From NCBI GenBank assembly GCA_965248445.1, contig CBDFJG010000004.1:1376001-1440000 (forward strand): a DNA stretch of 64,000 nt, given 5' to 3'. The stretch is from Planctomycetota bacterium (lineage in GTDB: Bacteria > Planctomycetota > JAJSAM01 > JAJVHW01). The notes beneath the pieces were generated by a model. The model worked only from the letters and a program-made list of their open reading frames with translations, did not search any database and was not told the origin of the DNA. Numbering within the stretch: the first letter of the stretch is position 1; every line of letters starts with the position of its first letter. The position numbers and the translations under genes are program-made. Positions 59,005 through 64,000 of the stretch are shown here, piece after piece.

Positions 59005-60504
59005 GTAACCGTTCACCCCTTGACAGCGTGTGAGCCTCAGCGTGCGACGGGCAGCGGGACCATGACGGGCGGGTCGGCGCCGGTGAGGTGCGCGGCGACC
59101 GAGTCGGCGAGGAAGTCGAAGACTTGGTCGCCACGGCGTCGCAGCGTGGCCGCGGCGGTCAACACGCGCTCGGCGAAGCGGAGTCCGCGAGCGGACTGGC
59201 TTCCGAAGGAGCCCTTGCGCCAGAGCACCGCTTTGCGGACCGCGCGCTCGGCGGCGTTGTTGGTCGGACTCACGTCCTGGGTCCGCGCATAGGTGAAGAG
59301 GGCGACCACGCGGGGGCGCAGATGGTTGGCCAGAGCCGAGTCGTCGTTCGCGATCAGTCGCTCGAGCCGTCCGCGCAGCACAGCGGCTTCGCCTTGCAGC
59401 CGGTCACGGTCGCCGTGCTCACCGAAGAGCCGGTAGCTGCGCATGACCGACTGCGCGATCATGACGCCCTTGTTGCCGAAGCGGCGATGTCCTCGCGGGC
59501 CTTCGGCCAGCGCACGGAAGGCGCGCTCGATGTGCGCCCAGCAGAGCTGGCGGCGGGCAAGTGGGTGTGACTCGTAGGCACCCATCCGGTCGCTGATCAC
59601 CGTGCCACCGAAGCGCCGCCCGATCAGCCGCCCTTTCGCCTTGGCACTGCGGCGGCGATCGATCCCGAAGGCTGTGGCGTGCTCGCTCTCCGCCGCCCAC
59701 AGCCAGCACACCCGGCCCCGTTCCTTCCACGACGTCTCGTCCACGTTGGCTCGCAGCGACGTGCGGACTGCCCCGAGGGCTTCGAGGTACGACGAGTGCA
59801 GAGCGTCACTGAGCCGACGCTCACAGTCGCTGATCTTGCCCAGCGACATCTTCACACCGAAGATCTCACCGAGCAGCCGCTGCGTCTCCCGCACGCTCAC
59901 GCGGTACACGCCGCGCAGCGCGCCGGCAAGTGTGGTCAGCCGCGGACCGAAGGCCCCGGTCGGCACGCCATCGGGCAGGACCGCCGTCGTGACCGCACGA
60001 CAGCGCCGGCACCGCGCCTTGTGCAGCCGGTGCTCCCGCACCGTGACGAGCACGCGCGGGAGCACCGTCACCTGGTGCCGGTACGGATCGCCGATGCCCT
60101 GCTCGAGATCGTCGTGTCCGCACGCGTCGCAGAGGTCGGGACGGTGCTCCTTGGTCTCATCGACGTTGGACGGATCCACCAGCTCGCGCGCCGTGCCCTC
60201 ATGGCCCGGCTGTCCGCCCTGCTTGCGACCGCTACGCGGCCTTCGGCCGCGACGGCGCTTGGACCACGCCGGGTCCGACGACGGAGGCCTCGAGCTGTTG
60301 CGGGAGTCACGCTTCAGACGCGACTCGAGCTCGTCGATGCGGCGCAGATGCTTCGCTTCGCGACGCTCCAACTCCTCGATCCAGGCCAGAAGGCCCTCGA
60401 CCATCGCCCGCAGATCCTCGTCCTGCCGCTCGCCCACAACATCTTGATCGACCGATGGCCGAACGATCTGGATCCTGGCTCGCGACGAAGGGGTGAACGG
60501 TTAC
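59005..60504 (-). mobile_element. IS66-family element, single ORF (ISBst12-like group)
   Basis: 17-bp perfect IRs GTAACCGTTCACCCCTT; no tnpA/tnpB; flanks CTTCGGGA versus CTTCCTGC are not duplicated. Confidence 0.9.
59037..60437 (-). CDS. IS66-family transposase
   Basis: SRNSSRPPSSD, GGQPGHEG, Zn ribbon, VDETSW, SDR, QLCWAH, PTNNAAERAVR. Confidence 0.94.
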   Translation of the reverse strand: MGERQDEDLRAMVEGLLAWIEELERREAKHLRRIDELESRLKRDSRNSSRPPSSDPAWSKRRRGRRPRSGRKQGGQPGHEGTARELVDPSNVDETKEHRPDLCDACGHDDLEQGIGDPYRHQVTVLPRVLVTVREHRLHKARCRRCRAVTTAVLPDGVPTGAFGPRLTTLAGALRGVYRVSVRETQRLLGEIFGVKMSLGKISDCERRLSDALHSSYLEALGAVRTSLRANVDETSWKERGRVCWLWAAESEHATAFGIDRRRSAKAKGRLIGRRFGGTVISDRMGAYESHPLARRQLCWAHIERAFRALAEGPRGHRRFGNKGVMIAQSVMRSYRLFGEHGDRDRLQGEAAVLRGRLERLIANDDSALANHLRPRVVALFTYARTQDVSPTNNAAERAVRKAVLWRKGSFGSQSARGLRFAERVLTAAATLRRRGDQVFDFLADSVAAHLTGADPPVMVPLPVAR

Positions 60505-60626
60505 CTTCCTGCCAGTCCGTCAGACTGGCACTCGGGGGTTTCAACAGGTTGACACTCTGCCGACAGCGCGTCCATGGCGTCGCTGAGCAGTGCGCGCAAC
60601 GCGACGATCTCGTCTCGGAGCGTCAC
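60505..60626 (-). pseudogene. Phage-like small gene truncated by IS66
   Basis: GTG overlapping the upstream stop: MTLRDEIVALRALLSDAMDALSAECQPV...; ends only at a TAA inside the IS IR. Confidence 0.5.
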
Positions 60627-61273
60627 GGCGCGGCCCTTCGGGCAGCACGGCCGAGCATCCTCTCGGTGCTGATGAAGCCGCTCGGGTCCTCGGTCTTGAT
60701 GCGGCGACGCTGGTTTACCCAGTCGATCGAGCGGCTCCCCGATGACTCGGCAGCGCGATCTCGGTGCACGGCCGATGCCAGGTCCTTCAGCCGGCCGTCC
60801 TTCAAGCGGGACCGGGAGCCGGCCCAGGCAAGAGCGAAGCGACGGGCCTCCCCCTCGTTAGGGGGAGGGGGGGGTTCTGTCCCTGTCCCTGTCCCTGTCA
60901 GAGCTACTTCCGAACGATTTTCGTCACGCGCGCTTCCGTGACGTTTCTTGTCCCGCGCCTTCTTCGCTCGAGCCGGAGATCCCGGATCCTTCTGCCACCT
61001 ATCCCATTTCTGGATCACGTAGTTAGGGCCAACCTGTTCCACCCAACCAAGGGCAGTCAGGGCGCGAAAGAACACACCCTGTCTACGCTTGGAGAGCCCC
61101 GCAAACGCCTCCAGTAGGGGGGCGATGACTGTCCCGTTCACGGTCCCGTTCCAGCCCTCTCGTTTCGAAATCGTCAGCAGAACTACCCAGGAATAGCGGT
61201 GTTCTACGGGGAGGGTCAGGGTCTCCAGGTCCATCGGAAACCCGGTGCTGAGGGCTATCCACTGGCGTGTCAC
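60623..61273 (-). CDS. Putative phage replication initiator
   Basis: WIALSTGFPMD N-terminus, wHTH-like core, IQKWDRWQ, basic stretch, TGTGTGTEPPPP linker. Confidence 0.55.
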   Translation of the reverse strand: MTRQWIALSTGFPMDLETLTLPVEHRYSWVVLLTISKREGWNGTVNGTVIAPLLEAFAGLSKRRQGVFFRALTALGWVEQVGPNYVIQKWDRWQKDPGSPARAKKARDKKRHGSARDENRSEVALTGTGTGTEPPPPPNEGEARRFALAWAGSRSRLKDGRLKDLASAVHRDRAAESSGSRSIDWVNQRRRIKTEDPSGFISTERMLGRAARRAAP

Positions 61274-61854
61274 CCGGCGCGCTCCCTCGCGCGCTCCTGG
61301 TGGTGCCGACGCAGCCACACGAGGAAGGACTCGTAGTCGCGATCGGACAGGCGAGCGACCCGCCCCTGGACCGACTTGAGCCGCTGGGCGCGCACATGCT
61401 CTATCGCTCCGCCCCACGACTCGATCTCGTAGAGGCGGGGGAAGGCGATCTCCAACGGCCTGCGGTGAGCGCATGGAACCGCGCCAGAGGGCGGGTGGTT
61501 CTGCGTGTTCTCGCACGGCGCTAGCGCGTCGATGAGTGCGGCTTCAAGGTAGCGCACGCAGCGGTGGCGGGTCTCGGTGTAGACGTCCACCCAGAGCATC
61601 GCGCCTGCCGCTTCTGCCGCGAGCAATAGCGTCTTGCCCTCCCACCCCTTCCCGATGTGCGCCGAGATCCGCCACCATTGCCGACGGGTCATGCCGACAT
61701 AGCTACAGACGACCCCGCGCTCATCGGGCCACCGCGCCGAGATCACGTACACGAGGTGGCTGTGGAAACCCAGGTCGGTGATCGTGTGGCGCGTCAGGTC
61801 TTCGCGCGCGGGGCCACCGTAGCAGGGCTCAAGAGACGCAAGCGTCGCGCTCAT
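61270..61854 (-). CDS. GIY-YIG-like endonuclease
   Basis: LVYVI...YVGMT....RISAH...LEAALI...PCEN. Confidence 0.7.
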   Translation of the reverse strand: MSATLASLEPCYGGPAREDLTRHTITDLGFHSHLVYVISARWPDERGVVCSYVGMTRRQWWRISAHIGKGWEGKTLLLAAEAAGAMLWVDVYTETRHRCVRYLEAALIDALAPCENTQNHPPSGAVPCAHRRPLEIAFPRLYEIESWGGAIEHVRAQRLKSVQGRVARLSDRDYESFLVWLRRHHQERARERAG

Positions 61855-62077
61855 CGACGGATTCCCCGGCTCTCCATCCCGCCCGCTCTCGACCCCGTGC
61901 TGTGTTCAGCGCGACCCAGAACGGGCACGATGTCACAGGGGAGAACGGACGAGACGGAACGCCGTCGGTCGAAGCGCTGAACACGCCCTCCATTGTCGCC
62001 GACAGACACCCCCACAAGGCTCCGCATGTCGGCGTGTGGAGAACCCGAGGAAGCGGTTGGCCGCATGTGGATCCAGC

Positions 62078-62338
62078 TCACGACGCGAGGGCTCCCTTCG
62101 TCTTCGGGGGCCTGTTCCAGTGCGAGATCTTCTTGTCGCGGATCGCGCCCTTGACGTGCCGCAGCTGCCGGGAACACGTGTCGACGCGGCAGTAGTGATA
62201 CGCGTGGAACTCGTCGCCATCGACGCCACCGATGCCGCGCAGCATGTGCGTGTCTTGGGTCGGCCCGTGCACAGGGCATCGCCACCACGTGCCGGGGAGC
62301 GAGTCGATCTTGGGCGCCTTCTTCGGTCGACCGGTCAT
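62078..62338 (-). CDS. Phage-like hypothetical protein (CxxH...CxxxxC)
   Basis: MTGRPKKAPK...WRCPVHG...YCRVDTC; ATGA overlap with HNH. Confidence 0.55.
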   Translation of the reverse strand: MTGRPKKAPKIDSLPGTWWRCPVHGPTQDTHMLRGIGGVDGDEFHAYHYCRVDTCSRQLRHVKGAIRDKKISHWNRPPKTKGALAS

Positions 62339-62643
62339 CCCGTCCACCCCCAGAGCTGCGCGCGGAGATCGCGGACGTGCTGCCGGGCGCGCGCCCAGTT
62401 CACGTGGACCGGTCCCGCCTCCGACTCGTCGACTCTCATGTAGACGCCACGCAGGATCCGTGATCCCTTCGCTGCGTTGCAGGGCCCGCACGCTGGCACC
62501 CTGTTCTCCCGGCGGTTCGTACCACCCTTCGCGCGCGGGATGATGTGGTCGACGGTCTCGGCCTCGCCGCACCCGCAGTACGCGCAGTCCCGCGGCGTGA
62601 AGCCCGCGAACGCGACGTTGTCGGCCAGGTACGGGTGGTTCAT
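62335..62643 (-). CDS. HNH endonuclease
   Basis: CAYCG...TVDHIIPRAKGG...N.VPACGPCNAAKG. Confidence 0.9.
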   Translation of the reverse strand: MNHPYLADNVAFAGFTPRDCAYCGCGEAETVDHIIPRAKGGTNRRENRVPACGPCNAAKGSRILRGVYMRVDESEAGPVHVNWARARQHVRDLRAQLWGWTG

Positions 62644-62858
62644 GCGCCGTCCCGTACACGCGCGGCGGGGTCCGTCTTCCCGGCCTTCTCGAACACGCGG
62701 CGGCGGAAGTCGTCGCAGAGCGCCGACAGACCGTCGGCACTCGCACCGGACAGCGGAAGCGACTGGCCGGTGAGCTCTCCGTCTCTCCCCACCATGAGCA
62801 GGAAGTTCGGGATGGCGATCGGCCTGACTTCCGCGCGTACTTGGATCCTCTCACCCAT
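62640..62858 (-). CDS. Phage-like hypothetical protein
   Basis: IPNFL...LPLS......LSALCDDFRRRVFEKAGK; GGAGG RBS; coupled overlap. Confidence 0.65.
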   Translation of the reverse strand: MGERIQVRAEVRPIAIPNFLLMVGRDGELTGQSLPLSGASADGLSALCDDFRRRVFEKAGKTDPAARVRDGA

Positions 62859-63015
62859 CGTTCGTCTCCTCTTCCTGCTCCGGGCGCTCGACCGGCTTGC
62901 GCCCGAATGGCAACTGCTTCGGAGGGCACCGCTCGCGGTGGTCCTCGAACTCCTCGAGTGCCGGGTCGCCCTGGCGCTTCCAGCGGATGAGTTCGTCGCA
63001 GATGGTGCAGATCAC
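62851..63015 (-). CDS. Small hypothetical protein (CxxC...HxxxC)
   Basis: GTG overlapping the upstream stop; ICTICD...HRERC. Confidence 0.5.
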   Translation of the reverse strand: MICTICDELIRWKRQGDPALEEFEDHRERCPPKQLPFGRKPVERPEQEEETNDG

Positions 63016-63908
63016 GACTCGCCCCGCTTGTCGTAGGCGGCGCCGATGATGCGTCGCATCCAAGACCCCACGGTGAGGGAGGCAGGGCAGTCGTGCGACG
63101 CGAGGTGGTCAGCCGCCTCCCCGATCCACGCTTCGTCGGCTTCGCCCGCACCGCACTCCGGACTCTGGCGGCACCACCAGAGCGTCAAGCGGGATCCGCA
63201 CGTCCCGGAGCACGCCACGCCGCTCCGCGCCCTCGCGTGCAGCGCGTCCTGGACGGCCTCGTCCATAGCCTCGCGGGCTGACCTCCCGCCCTGGATGTGT
63301 CCAAGGAGGGCGTGGCACTCTGCGGCCCGTGCTCCGGCGATTGCGCGAGCGTGAGAGTCGTCGGCCTCTTCGGACGCCTGAATCGCGTGTCGGCGGCTGC
63401 GTTGCGCGATGACGGCGTAGACCCGCTGCTGCTCGTCGCGGGCGGTCGCGGAGTTCGCCTTCGCGAGCGCGTTGCGGAGGCCCTCGACCATCTTGTCCAG
63501 CTTGCGGAGTTCGGCCGTCTGTCGCGCGATGCGATTATCGCGGTCGGATACACGCGTCTTGCCCTGCACCAACTCCTCGCGTAGCTGATCGACGCCGTCC
63601 TGCTGCGCCGCGTTCCGGTGGTCGGCCACCTCTCGACAGAGGTTCCCCACAGACGGGGGGTGGTGCTTCAACCGGTCCTGTGGGCATTGCGGATCAGCGA
63701 CGCCCCGGAATTCCTGCCACACGCTCTCCGCGGTCCACACCGGCGGATGTGCCGCGGCGTACTGGCGCTCAACGTCTGCCAGCACGACGCGGCCACCGAT
63801 GGCCACACAGCCTTTCGCGATGCGGAGCATCCGCTGCTCCTTGGCGTACCACTCCAACTTGTCTCCAAGCGTGACCTCGCTCTCGCTGACCATGCTGTCG
63901 TTCTTCAC
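63012..63908 (-). CDS. Phage-like coiled-coil hypothetical protein
   Basis: 298-aa ORF, GGAGG RBS, central heptads, Cys-rich C-terminus. Confidence 0.6.
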   Translation of the reverse strand: MKNDSMVSESEVTLGDKLEWYAKEQRMLRIAKGCVAIGGRVVLADVERQYAAAHPPVWTAESVWQEFRGVADPQCPQDRLKHHPPSVGNLCREVADHRNAAQQDGVDQLREELVQGKTRVSDRDNRIARQTAELRKLDKMVEGLRNALAKANSATARDEQQRVYAVIAQRSRRHAIQASEEADDSHARAIAGARAAECHALLGHIQGGRSAREAMDEAVQDALHARARSGVACSGTCGSRLTLWWCRQSPECGAGEADEAWIGEAADHLASHDCPASLTVGSWMRRIIGAAYDKRGES

Positions 63909-64000
63909 CGGTTCCTCCCGTTCGCCGCGGCCTGTAGCGCGCGGATACGCGCTTCCAGGTTGGCGATGTGCAGCCGTTGGTCCCGGCAGTCCGCATGCGC

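Larger units (their letters stand above)
60505..64000 (-). mobile_element. Prophage-like early/replication region (continues beyond window)
   Basis: Run of short, co-oriented ORFs with overlapping start/stop codons, including HNH, GIY-YIG and a replication-like protein. Confidence 0.7.

Noticed and set aside
60524..60560. TGGCACTC CIRCE-like half site
   Set aside because: No matching second half; lies within a phage-like ORF.
61851..62081. Possible small ORF between the GIY-YIG and Cys-motif genes
   Set aside because: Overlaps fit the operon pattern, but the translation is featureless and the frame is ambiguous; left uncalled.

Overview
GC-rich bacterial chromosome segment, very probably Planctomycetota. 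This is inferred from a TIGR04137-like small basic protein, a groEL-groES-groEL-dnaJ-grpE-FmdB-yacG cluster, and secreted HEAT/secretin-like/NPCBM proteins. LEFT END (1-7.5 kb, accessory): a GntR(YtrA-like)-ABC operon whose regulator is frameshifted at a C21 tract and whose putative operator is split by an IS1380 (CTAG duplication). An IS1595 (8-bp duplication) has in turn inserted at the tip of that IS1380. Next comes a compact integrative module (two XRE-HTH genes, an 18-bp palindrome, a candidate structured RNA, an excisionase and an atypical tyrosine integrase) abutting tRNA-Arg(UCU) and tRNA-Pro(UGG). MIDDLE (7.8-58.7 kb, core): purD, fur, a HEAT-repeat/SplB-like radical SAM fusion, pdxA, chaperones, tonB, speA, a peptide ABC transporter, sixA-like, der, GT2-cysC-GT4, a frameshifted PHP gene, ftsY, nusB, ribH, moeA, lnt, and a complete mreB-mreC-mreD-mrdA-rodA elongasome whose PBP2 carries a CxxC-x13-CxxC insertion. 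RIGHT END (58.7-64 kb): a truncated ECF sigma gene is joined, through a single-ORF IS66 with no target duplication, to a prophage-like early operon (replication-initiator-like, GIY-YIG, HNH). Best novelty candidates: the HEAT/radical-SAM fusion, the tRNA-anchored mini-element with its RNA candidate and altered integrase active site, the dispersed secretin-like modules, and the zinc-ribbon PBP2. All family calls come from motif recognition by eye; no database searches were run.
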